Shown: piece by piece, positions 1-12,674 of the stretch
How the letters are laid out: each line of letters opens with the position of its first letter
How positions within the stretch are numbered: the first letter of the stretch is position 1
Source of the DNA: Octopus vulgaris
Lineage: Eukaryota
DNA: 64,000 bases
Assembly: GCA_951406725.2 (NCBI GenBank)
Contig: OX597839.1
Coordinates: forward strand, 39,680,001-39,744,000
Reading direction: 5' to 3'
Translations under genes and position numbers: made by a program
The notes under the pieces: model-generated
The model's database searches: none
Seen by the model: only the letters and a program-made list of their open reading frames with translations
Told to the model about the DNA's origin: nothing

Positions 1-101
1 TTATTGGTATGAACACGAATTCATAGTCTGGATATAGAAACAGGAGATGTCGAAGCAGTTGTCCATAGATATCCTCTTTACACACACACACACACACACA
101 T

Positions 102-132
<31 letters not shown>

Positions 133-493
133 AATACACATATACACACATATGCACACACAAATGTGGATGGATAGACGCATGGAGGGAAAGTTAGGGA
201 TATAAGAATCTGTCAACGTGTGTGTATATATATGTGTGTATATATATGTGTGTATATATATGTGTGTATATTTCTATACATATACATATGTATATATCTA
301 TCCATGTGTCTTTTTCTTCCTTTATATTCGCGCGCGCACACACACACAGATATGAATAAACACTTGGATAGTTAAAGATTTATGAATATGTCAGTGTGTA
401 TATGTGTGTGGGTGTATAAATATATGCATATGTTGATCTCATTCTCTCTCATATATATACAGAAACACACACGTATATATATATATATATATT

Positions 494-709
494 CAAAATG
501 TAACTGCGTGTGTACCGTTGGCGATTTGTTTTCCTCCGTCTTCCTTTCTCTGGATCTTTCCTTTTCCTATGTTTCCGACGAAGAGCTCCGCTCGAAACGT
601 TAAACCCTCCTTCTTTCCTTCTTTCCTGAGCGTCCAATAATACTATATTTGTTCCACGTCCTCGCGTTGTTGTGTTTTTTTGTGATTTCATGTTTGGATT
701 AACTATATA
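494..709 (+). mobile_element. ~215-bp (TA)n-flanked non-autonomous element with hammerhead-like motif (Penelope-associated type), copy 1
   Basis: Near-identical to 21957-22160 and 26245-26455; abuts a (TA)n tract; contains GTTT-CCGACGA-A-GAGC(tcc)GCTC-GAAAC-GTT-AAAC at 571-605. Confidence 0.7.
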
Positions 710-848
710 GCGGTTCGGCAAAAGAGACCGATAGAATAAGTACTGGGCTTACAAAGAATAAGTCCCGGGGTCGATTTGCTCGACTAAAGGCGGTGCTCCA
801 GCATGGCCGCAATCAAATGACTGAAACAAGTAAGAGAGTAAAGAGTAT
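709..848 (+). mobile_element. SINE family B, 3' tail fragment
   Basis: GCGGTTCGGCAAAAGAGACCGATAG...GGCGGTGCTCCAGCATGGCCGC...GAAACAAGTAAGAGAGT, shared with many copies in the window. Confidence 0.85.
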
Positions 849-1549
849 GCTCTTTTGAATTCTGAATTCTGATATATGTATATATATGTATATATACACA
901 TATATATACACTCATATATGTATATATACACACATACACGCATTTACATATATTTACATATACACACATTCATATAATATACATACATACATACATGATA
1001 TATATATGGAGAGAGAGGGAGAGAGAGATTGCATGAAATGAAGACATACCATGCTATCTTCTCTCGATCACAACCACCAATCCCCTACTCACAAACACCC
1101 ACCCCCTACACACACACACACAACTTTATCGTCTCACACGTACGCATGCAGCTAGCACCAGTATACGCTTTCACACCAGTGCGCGTGCGCATTCGATATC
1201 ACATGCAGTTAACGAAAATTACGTGTAAAACACACACACGCCTTTTCACCACAGCTCTGTATAGACATACTCGCGCGCTCGCGCACGCTCATTTTTATAA
1301 ACATTTGTATAAGATGCATATAGATAACTCTTTACACACACACACACACAAACAAACACACGATCTCAAATACACATGCCATTTAATATATATATCGTAT
1401 ATATCGCGGTTATATTCGAATATTCTCCTGACACATATGTACATATACACCTGCATGTATGTATGTATGCATGCAGGTATATGTATGTATCTATGTGCAT
1501 GTATGTGTGTATCTATGTTGTGTGTTGATTTGCATGCATCTATGTATGT

Positions 1550-1596
<47 letters not shown>

Positions 1597-1707
1597 TATA
1601 ATATAAATTTTAAATTTTATATATTTTGTATATTATATTAATTATTTTTATTTTTACGTTTTGGTTTATGTTTTTCAGTTTGATTTGCCTAATAGTGGTT
1701 TTATCTC

Positions 1708-1761
<54 letters not shown>

Positions 1762-2576
1762 AGGCTGTGCATATATGCACATATGTATGTATATACACAC
1801 GCAAACGTTTCTTGTTTTTTTTTTTATATCTACACGTTTATACATGCCACGTATGTTATCGTAAACTTCAAAATGTATATGACATATATACATATAAACT
1901 GGGATGCCTGTATACGCTTGTATTTCTGTCATATACACTCAACCACGCACATACACACAATTGAACAGAGATGTATGCTAAATGTATGTATACTATATAT
2001 ATACATACATATATATATATATATACACACACTCACACACACACATATATATATATATAGGCAATACGTACATATATGTGTATATATATGTGCGTGTGTA
2101 TATATGTGTGTATATACATATGTGTATATATATGTGTGTGTTTATATATGTGTATATATACATATGTTTATATATATTCTTTCTTTTAATCTTTTACTTG
2201 TTTCAGTCAATTGGCTGTGGCCATGCTGCAGCACGGATTTTAATCAAGCAAATCTACTCCAGGACTTATTGTGTGTAGTGTGTAAGCCTAATAATTTATT
2301 CTATCGGTGTCTTTTGCCGAACCGCTAAGTTACGGAGTAAACACACCAACATCGGTTGTCAAGCGATGAAAGATGGCACAGAAAGAGCCGGAAGAAATGC
2401 TGCTAAGCATTTTGCTCGACGCGCTTATGCTCTAACAAACAAACAAATAAACAAATAGTCTAACTAAAAACACAACACCCGAAGAAAATTAATGATCATC
2501 TTAATTACCTGTTTTTTCTGATCTAACTATTGAAGCATATATACTCGCACCGTTGAACATGTGTGGCCGTATGTCT

Positions 2577-2780
2577 GTGAAGTCGCGTGGCTTAGTGGTT
2601 CTGGTATTTGGCTCACGATCGGAAGATGAGGAGTTCGATACCTAGCGATTCGTTATGTCCTTGAGCAAGACACTTTATTTCACGTTATTCCACTCCAATC
2701 ACCAGGCAAAAATGAGTAGTACCTGTATTTCGAAGGGCCACCCTTCTCACATTTTGTGCCACGCTAAATCTCTCTCAGAA
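2577..2780 (+). mobile_element. tRNA-derived SINE (family D-like), diverged
   Basis: A-box TGGCTTAGTGG, B-box GAGTTCGATACC, then GTCCTTGAGCAAGACACTTTATTTCAC as in the 60731-61065 element. Confidence 0.65.
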
Positions 2781-3236
2781 CTATGTTACGGGGACGTAAA
2801 CACACCACCATCGGTTGTCAAGCGATGCTGGGGGGGGGGAACACAGACACAAAAACATATATACACACATACATATATATATATATACATACACATATAT
2901 ATACGACGGGCTTCTTTCAGTTTCCGTCTACCAAATCCACTCACAAGGCTTTGGTCGGCCACTTGCTCAGCCACTTGCACGTTAATTTCACGAGCAGGCT
3001 GTTCTGTAGATCAGATCAGCTGGAACCCTCGTCGTCGTAACCGACGGAGTACCAATTAGTTATGTGCACGCGCGCGCGTAAGTATTGAGTTGCTTCAAGA
3101 TGTTTACACCTGTACGAGTGTACGTTTATTATTGTATACAGTACCCAGGTGCACCACAAACAATGTCTCTATTGTGTAAACGAATGCGCGCATGCGTCTG
3201 TATGTGTGTGTGTGTGTATGTGTGTGTGAACAGACA

Positions 3237-3635
3237 TACTCTCTTTTACTCTATTTTACTTGTTTCAGTCATTTGGATGCTGCCATGCTGGAGCACCGCC
3301 GTTAGTCGAGCAAATCGACCCCAGGACTTATTCCTTGGAAGCCTAGTATCTATTCTATCGGTCTTTTGTGCTGAACCGCTATGTTACGGGGACGTAAACA
3401 CACCAGCATCGGTTGTCAAGCGATGTTGGGGGGACAAACACAGACACACAAACATATACACACACATACATATATATATATACATATATACAACGGGCTT
3501 CTTTCAGTTTCCGTCTACCCAAATCCAATCACAGGTCGTGAGGCTATAGTAGAAGATACTTGTGTAAGGTGCCACGCTGTGGGACTGAACCCGGAACCAT
3601 GTGGTTTGTAAGCAAGCTACTTACCACACAGCCAC
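3237..3635 (-). mobile_element. SINE family B, near full length
   Basis: Reverse complement of the head GTGGCTGTGTGGTAAGTAGCTTGC...GGTTCAGTCCC, internal TA/TG tract, and tail ...GAAACAAGTAAAA. Confidence 0.85.
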
Positions 3636-4115
3636 AAATGACTATATATTTAACATAATCCCCTCCTATACTTAAGAAAAAATAATAAACACGATCATTT
3701 GTCTATCTATCTACCTACCTACCTACCTACCTACCTATCTACCTACCTTATCTATCTACCTGTCTATCTAGCTATCTATACACACGTGACTTCATTGACC
3801 GAGGTTACCGTGGTTTTTTCCGTAGGCTTTTCTTTCCACGGGTAAACCTCACCTGTCCTCCCCTTTACACTTCATATTGACATTTTTGTGATAACGATCC
3901 CTATTGATCAAATTTTTTTTCCTTCCCCCCACCCTTTTTTTTTTTCCAAATTTTATTTTATCCCCCCCCCCTTTTTTGTCCTCTTTCTTTCCATTTACGA
4001 TCCCTTTTGATCGAAAACCAAACCCCCTTCTTTTACCCCCAAAAGAAAAGCTCTACCTGTCTAATTTTGTCCTGTCTGTGTGCAGCTCTGTGTGGCTAAT
4101 AAAGAAACATATCTA

Positions 4116-4131
4116 TACACACACACACACA

Positions 4132-4212
<81 letters not shown>

Positions 4213-4236
4213 CACACACACACACACACACTCACT

Positions 4237-4269
<33 letters not shown>

Positions 4270-4280
4270 ACACATACACA
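4116..4280. repeat. (CA)n microsatellite
   Basis: Direct inspection. Confidence 0.95.
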
Positions 4281-4340
4281 GACAGAGCTTAAAACTCCGA
4301 GTAAATGTGATGTAAATCAACGGCTTTATGCAAATTAATA

Positions 4341-4398
<58 letters not shown>

Positions 4399-4473
4399 GC
4401 CGTAACATGCACTGAGTACATTCACGTTGTGTCGATCTAAAAGAGCGCGCCTTTATATCACTTGTCTTCAATG

Positions 4474-4516
<43 letters not shown>

Positions 4517-4745
4517 TTATCCGTGGATGAGGGGGAGTGAGAGAGAGAGAGAGAAAGGGAGAAATTAAAAAAGAGAGAATGAGAGATAGGGGAGAGAGAT
4601 GGAGTGATAGAAGAGGAGAGAGATTGGTAAATAGAAACACATAAAGAGAGTTGAGTTGAGGTGATAGACAGCTTAAGTAAGACAGCAAGATTGACAGAGT
4701 AAAAGAGAGATAGATAGATGGATGGATAGAGATAGAGTAAGAGAG

Positions 4746-4778
<33 letters not shown>

Positions 4779-4834
4779 CTGATAGATAGATGGATAGAGT
4801 GAAAGGAAGAGAGAGATTGACAACTAGCGTATGA

Positions 4835-5353
<519 letters not shown>

Positions 5354-6384
5354 AGGCTGGTGGCACCACAGCTAGAATATATATATATATATATATATAT
5401 AAAATGAGAGAGAGAGAGGGAGTGAGGAAGAGTGATTGAGTAAGGGGGAGTGAGGAAGTGATAAGGTTTCCATAGAAACCAATAATACAATAGGGAAACT
5501 TAACAATAGCTGCGTGGTTGAGAGGAAAGTGTAACGAGAGTCTTAGTTGTAGGAAAGTGAGCGATGTGTTAAGGATTTAATCACCGCCCACCACATCACC
5601 ACCACCTTCAGATGGGAGCAATGTGAACTGGGGATACGGAAGAGCGTTGCATACGTAGCCGTACGTGGTTCGATTCCAGAACGGGGCTTTTGCGCGTTGA
5701 GTTTTATTTTAAAAAAATTTTTGTTGTAGAGTTGTTTACAAAGATTATCAGATGTGTGGTAAAGATGCTCACTTTGTAACCACGTGGTTTCGGGTTCAGA
5801 CCCACAGCACGGTACCTTGAGCAAGTGTCCATCAGAACCTCGGACCAACCGATACCTTATTAGTGAACTTGGTAGAGAAAACTGCGCGGACTCTGTCGAG
5901 TGTGTATGTGTGTGTGTTTGTGTGTATACGCTTACACACACTACTTGACTACCGGTGTTGGTTTGTTCACGTCCTCATAATCTAGCTGATTGGTGAAAAT
6001 GCTAGAATTAAAATAAATCCTGGGATAGATTTGTTTGACTAAATCCGTTCAGGGAAGTGCTCAAGCATGGCCGCATTGTAGTGATTGGAGCCGATGATAA
6101 AAGACATCACATGCACTCACACACACACATACACACACACACGCACACGCACACACACGCCGGGGCACCGCCTGGAGGGGTTTTTACACGAGCCAATTAT
6201 TTTCAGGTGTAATACTTACTCTATTGCCGTTCCCGAATGATACAGGTAACAGCACGCAAACACAACAAATAAAAGAAAAGAAGATAACAGAATGAAAAGA
6301 TCACGTGTTACTTAAAGATTTTCATATATAAAAAAATAAAAGATTTTCGTATGAAAAGAGTTTTAGTAAATGAATTATAATGTA

Positions 6385-6780
6385 CTTGCAGTATCGCCCG
6401 GCGTTGCTCGGGTTTGTAAGGGAAATAATTATATAAGCATTTTTAGAGAGTTATAGCCAAAAAATAGCCAAAAAATGCATTAAAAATGGAAAAAAATTAT
6501 GGTAAATTTCTTTTTCAATCGTTGACTCATCGTAGATATTTTTAGAGAGTTACTTCCCTTATATAATAGTGAAAAAATGCATTAAAATGGAAAAAATGAT
6601 GGTAATTTAAAAAAAAAATCGTTGACTCATCGTAGACGCGCGCTAATACCCAGAAGGGCTCGATATGAATCGCGACTATAAGATACCCGGTTTTGGTTAA
6701 ACTGCAGCGCAAAATGTGGGAGTAGTTAGGAATCTAAATCGTAGGAGACAGACACACAACTTGACTTTTATATATAAAGA
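6385..6780 (-). mobile_element. Non-autonomous Helitron, copy 1
   Basis: Minus strand begins TCTTTATATATAAAAG and ends with hairpin CCCGAGCAACGCCGGG plus CAAG (CTAG in copy 2); inserted between A and T with no TSD; empty site visible at 7382/7383. Confidence 0.85.
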
Positions 6781-6977
6781 TGTAAAAGAAATTTTGTTGT
6801 GCGAGAAAAATCTTTTACGAAAATCACTCACACATACCCAGAAGAATCTTGTTTGGGGATATATGAGTGGTTTTCTTATGAAAAGAGTTTTAGAGGATAA
6901 ATTTTAGTGTGTGTTGTGGCTAAAACCGTTTTTGTGGAAGAAGAAAACATTTGTTTGGGTCTATTTCAGTGTGAAGT

Positions 6978-7362
6978 GGAAGCACTCCGTCGGTTACGAC
7001 GACGAGGGTTCCGGTTGATCCGAATCAACGGAACAGCCTGCTCGTGAAATTAACGTGTAAGTGGCTGAGCACTCCACAGACACGTGTACCCTTAACGTAG
7101 TTCTCGGGGAAATTCAGCGTGAGACAGAGAGTGACAAGGCCGGCCCTTTGAAAATACAGGTACAACAGAAACAGGAAGTAAGAGTGAGAGAAAGTTGTGG
7201 CGAAAGAGTACAGCAGGGATCACCACCATCCCCTGCCGGAGCCTCGTGGAGCTTTAGGTGTTTTCGCTCAATAAACACTCACAACGCCCGGTCTGGGAAT
7301 CGAAACCGCGATCCTACGACCGCGAGTCCGCTGCCCTAACCACTGGGCCATTGTGCCTCCAC
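6978..7362 (-). mobile_element. tRNA-derived SINE family A, full length
   Basis: Head GGAGGC(A/G)CAATGGCCCAGTGGTTAGG (A box)...GGTTTCGATTCC (B box); ~385 bp; highly similar to other copies; flanked by a ~213-bp direct duplication. Confidence 0.9.
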
Positions 7363-7689
7363 AGTAAATGAATTATAATGTATGTAAAAGAAATTTTGTT
7401 GTGCGAGAAAAATCTTTTACGAAAATCACTCACACATACCCAGAAAAATCTTGTCTGAGGATGTGTGAGTGGGTTTCTTATGAAAAGAGTTTTAGAGGAT
7501 AAATTTTAGTGTGTGTTGTGGCTAAAACCGTTTTTGTCGAAGAAGAAAAGATTTGTTTGGTTCTGTTTCAGTGTGTAAATAAACTAAATTGGTATATGCC
7601 AAGTTGGTGTGAGATGGCGGCGGATATTCCGCCTTTGTCTGAAAAAATTCCTGTCAGCTAGAGAAGAAAACTTAATCACTAACATACTT

Positions 7690-8073
7690 GGAAGCACTCC
7701 GTCGGTTACGACGACGAGGGTTCCGGTTGATCCGAATCAGTGGAACAGCCTGCTCGTGAAATTAACGTCTAAGTGGCTGAGCACTCCACAGACACGTGTA
7801 CCCTTAACGTAGTTCTCGGGGATATTCAGCGTGACACAGAGAGTGACAAGGCCGGCCCTTTGAAATACAGGTACAACAGAAACAGGAAGTAAGAGTGAGA
7901 GAAAGTTGTGGTGAAAGAGTATAGCAGGGATCACCACCATCCCCTGCCGGAGCCTCGTGGAGCTTTAGGTGTTTTCACTCAATAAACACTCACAACGCCC
8001 GGTCTGGGAATCGAAACCGCGATCCTATGACCGCGAGTCCGCTGCCCTAACCACTGGGCCATTGCGCCTCCAC
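7690..8073 (-). mobile_element. SINE family A, full length
   Basis: Same family; flanked by a ~120-bp direct duplication (7570-7687 / 8074-8198). Confidence 0.9.
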
Positions 8074-8880
8074 AGTGTGTAAGTAAACTAAATTGGTAGA
8101 TGCCAAGTTGGTGTGAGCTAGCGGGGTGGAGGGGTATTCCGTCTTTGTCTGAAAAAAATTCCTGTCAGCTAGAGAAGAAAACTTAATCACTAACATACAC
8201 AGAATCTATCAATCACTTAATCAATAAACAAGAAAACCAATATCAACAAATATTAAAACAACTTTATAAAATGTCACAAGGTCAATAATTTCGAAGACTA
8301 AGTTTCTTAGTAAGTACTATCGACCCCTCTCCTCAATAAGTGATTGGTACTTTATTTTATCTCCTTGAAGGACGAAAGTAAAATTAACTTCAGCGAGATT
8401 TGAAAAATGCTACTATATATTTTGTTCGACGCTCGAACGAATTTGCCTCATGATATCCAGTTTAAAAACAAGGATAGGGATTTTCGCGGAGGGGGTTAGT
8501 CTACATCATCGCTCTCTGTAATTGAATGGTACTAAATTTCATCAACCCCTTGAGGGACAAAAAGTTATGTTGATCTTCGTGTAATTTGAAATCAGAATGT
8601 CAGGAACCGTAATTGAATACTGCAAAGCATATTGTCTTTGGTGAAATGTAGAACCTTAAGATTATGCATTTTGTATGTGACATGTTGCGGTCCTAGGCGA
8701 TCCATAAGTTTTAGGTAACATGAAGGACTCCGAGGAAGCATTTTGTAGGTTATACGCAGAGCGCTGAGGTAACACTTTTATATGTGACCAGTAGGGTATC
8801 ACTGTAATATTTTATTAGTGATATGGTGATAGAGTAAGTTGATTAAAAACCATTGTTTTAAACTTGGTTTAAGAGCAACA

Positions 8881-9262
8881 GGAGGTGCAATGGCCCAGTG
8901 GTTAGGGCAGCGGATTCGCGGTCGTAGTATCGCGGTTTCGATTCCCAGACCGGGCGTTGTGAGTGTTTATTGAGCGAAAACACCTAAAGCTCCACGAGGC
9001 TCCGGCAGGGGGTGGTGGTGATCCCTGCTGTACTCTTTCACCACAACTTTCTCTCACTCTTACTTCCTGTTTCTGTTGTACCTGTATTTTCAAAGGGCCG
9101 GCCTTGTCGCTCTCTGTGTCACGCTGAATATCCCCGAGAACTACGTTAAGGGTGCACGTGTCTGTGGAGTGCTCAGCCACTTACACGTTAATTTCACGAG
9201 CAGGCTGTTCCGTTGATCGGATCAACCGGAACCCTCGTCGTCGTAACCGACAGAGTGCTTCC
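8881..9262 (+). mobile_element. SINE family A, full length
   Basis: A and B boxes; 12-bp TSD TTAAGAGCAACA on both sides. Confidence 0.9.
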
Positions 9263-9649
9263 TTAAGAGCAACACCACCACTACCACCAAGACTAACCAC
9301 TACCACCAAGACTAACCACTCGGCATCATTTCATTGGTAGTACAAGGCAGAAACATATTGCTCTGTGAATAATAAACTAGCTTCACGACTTAGTCGTTCC
9401 AGGTTCGAACCTGCTACAGCCTCTGGGTGACCATGAATGTCTTATTTGATTAAGGAAAGTTGCGCAAGAAATGGGGGGAGTGGAACAAGTCTCTAGGAGG
9501 TAGCTTGACACGCTAGAAGCAGCAGTGACATTTCTTTAAATCACATCCTTTCGTCTTTGAAAAAATGGACACGCTGACCACTATACATCTTATACACTAT
9601 CTATATACATATACGTGTATACATATACGTGTATACATATACATGCTAG

Positions 9650-9804
9650 CTGGCTGTGTGGTAAGAAGCTAGCTTACTAACCACATGGTTCCGGGTTGAG
9701 TCTCACTGCGTGGCACTTTGGGCAACTGCCTTCTACTATAACCCCGGGTCGACCAAAGCCTTGTGAGTGGATTTGGTAAACACGGAAGCTGAAAGAAGCC
9801 CGTC

Positions 9805-9856
<52 letters not shown>

Positions 9857-10079
9857 ATGTGTGTGTGTGTGTGTGTGTGTCCCACAATCGCTTTACAACC
9901 GATGTTGGTGTGTTTATGTCACCGTCCCTTTACTTAGTGGTTCGACAAAAGAACCCCATAGAATAAGTACTAGGTTTACAAAAAGTAAGTCCCGACGTCG
10001 CTTTCTTCAACTAAAACCCTACATGGCGGGGCTCCAGCATGGCCGCACGCAGTCAAATGACTGACACAAGTAAAAGAAT
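9650..10079 (+). mobile_element. SINE family B
   Basis: Head, GTGGCACTTTGGGCAA core-like segment, internal (TA)n(TG)n, and tail. Confidence 0.85.
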
Positions 10080-10449
10080 ATTTACTTAATCTTTGGACTA
10101 CGGCCAAGCTGGGGCACTACCTTGAAGGGTTTTAAATGAACAAATCGATTTCCAGAACGCATGCGTTTTTAAAGTGAGGTAAATTGTTCTATCCGGCTCT
10201 TTTGCTGAACCGCTATGTTACAGTGTTACAGACACATAAACAAACCGACACCCGTTGTCAAACGGAGGTGGACACACAGACACACACACACAGGTATGTA
10301 TGTACACGACGAGTTTCTACACAAGGTGCCGCGTAGTAGGACTGAACCCGAAAACGCGCGGTTGCAAAGCGAGCTTCTTAACTACAAAACCATACCTGCT
10401 ATATATATATATATATATATATATAGGCGCAGGTATGGTTATGTATCTT

Positions 10450-10808
10450 TTACCTTTTACTAGTTTCAGTCATTACACTGCGGCCGTGCTGGGGCACCGC
10501 CTTACAGAATTCTTAGTCTTAAGCCTGGTACTTATTCTATCGATCTCTCTAGCCGAACTGCTATAAACGGGGACGTAAACAAACCAACACCGGCTGTCAA
10601 ATGGTGGTGGGGCAAACATACATACATATATATATATATATACGACGGGCTTCTTTCAGTTTCCATCAACCAAATCCATCCACAAAGCTTTGATCGGTCT
10701 GAGGCTATAGCAGAAGACACTTGCCCAAGGTGCCATGCAGTGGAACTGAACCCGGAACCATGTGATTAGTAAAGCAAGCTTCTTACTACACTGCCACGCT
10801 TGCGCCTA
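10450..10808 (-). mobile_element. SINE family B
   Basis: Reverse-complement copy; a further diverged copy lies at ~10090-10400. Confidence 0.8.
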
Positions 10809-10929
10809 CTCACACACACACACACACAAAAGACATTGGATGGTCATGGTCGGAATGCTTTTGATTCAACATCTGCTCTCAACTGAGGCTGAATAGGGGC
10901 AAAGCAACAACCGTAAACTTTTTCACAGA

Positions 10930-12636
10930 TGTTTTATTTTATCGGCCCCTGAATGAAACGAGACACCCTCCTTCTTCGGCAAATGAACCCAGAACGTGAA
11001 AGTCCCTTGTGTAATTAGAAAACAAAAAACATTCTACCATGTGGTCGTGCATAATTAACATTAATTAGTCTTTCAAGGCGGCGAGCTGGCTGAAACGTTA
11101 GCACCCCGGACGAAATGCGTAGCCGTATTTCGTCTGACGCTACGTTCAGAGTTCAAATTCCGCCGAGGGCGACTTTGCCTTTCTACCTTTCGTGGTCGAT
11201 AAATCAAGTACCAGTTGTGTACTGGGGTCGATCGAATCGACTGGCTCCCCCTCCCCCAAAATTTCGGGCCTTGTGCCTAGAGCAAAAATGAATATTAATT
11301 AGTCTGTCGAAATTCGTGGTGAGGGGTCTATTCTATTACATCAACCTTAGTGAGTGCCCAAACTGGTACTTAGTTTATCGACCCCGAAAGGATGAGAGGT
11401 AAAGTTGACCTCGGCAGCATTTGAACTCAGAACGTAGAAAAATGGAAGAGGTTGTCGCCATGCGTTTTGTTTGATGTGTTAAATTTTCTTCGTTTTAGTT
11501 AATCCTTTCTGTTATGGAGTATGTGTGTTTGGGGAGGGTGAGTAGCCGATTAAATCGGCCCCAATATCGACTAATATTTATCTTATCGATCCTGCATGAA
11601 GGCAGTCAAAGTCGACCTCTAGAGAGTTTGAACTCCGCACTTAAAGACGGACGAAATGCCGCTAAGCATTTTGTCCGGCGTGCTAAAGATTCTACCAGCT
11701 GACTACCTTAATACTTATAATAATAATCTTTTCTATTCTAGGCACAAGACCCGAAATTTTTGGGGGAAGGGGCCAGTCGATTAGGTCGGCCCCAGTACGC
11801 AGCTGGTACTTATTTAATCGACCCCTGAAAAGGTGAAAGGCAAAGTCGACCTCGGCGGAATTTGAACTCAGAACGTAAAGGCAGACGAAAAACTTTTTCT
11901 TTATTGCCCACAAGGGGCTAAACACAGAGGGGACAAACAAGGACAGACAAACGGATTAAGTCGATTATATCGACCCCAGTGCGTAACTGGTACTTAATTT
12001 ATCGACCCCGAAAGGATGAAAGGCAAAGTCGACCTCGGCGGAATTTGAACTCAGAACGTAAAGACAGACGAAAAACTTTTTCTTTACTACCCACAAGGGG
12101 CTAAACACAGAGAGGACAAACAAGGACAGACAAACGGATTAAGTCGATTATATCGACCCCACTGCGTAACTGGTACTTAATTTATCGACCTCGAAAAGAT
12201 GAAAGGCAAAGTCGACCTCGGCGGAATTTGAGCTCAGAACATAAAGACAGACGAAATACTGCTAAGCATTTCGCCCGGCGTGCTAACGTGTCTGCCAGCA
12301 CTCCACCTTAAGGAAAAGTCGACCTCAGTGGAATTTGAACGCAGTATGTAAAGACGGACCGAAATGCTACCAGGCATTTTACCCGGAGCGGTAACGATCC
12401 TGCCGACTAGCCAGCTTAAATTATAATAATAATGGTTCAAAATTTTGGCACAATGTCAGCAATTTCAGGTGAGGGGCTAAGTTGACTTTATCAACCCCAG
12501 TACGTATCTGGTACTTATTCCATCGACTTCGAAAAGATGAAAGGCAAAGTCGGCCTCGGCGTAATTCGAACTCACAACATAAAAACAAACCAAATACCGC
12601 TTCTCAATTTTTTTCCCACGTGCTAAGGATTCTGCC

Positions 12637-12674
<38 letters not shown>

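Noticed and set aside
7061-7339. Recurrent ORFs such as MAEHSTDTCTL... and MPKMPRSGTEPG...
   Set aside because: Chance frames within SINE A and B copies, mostly with non-ATG starts
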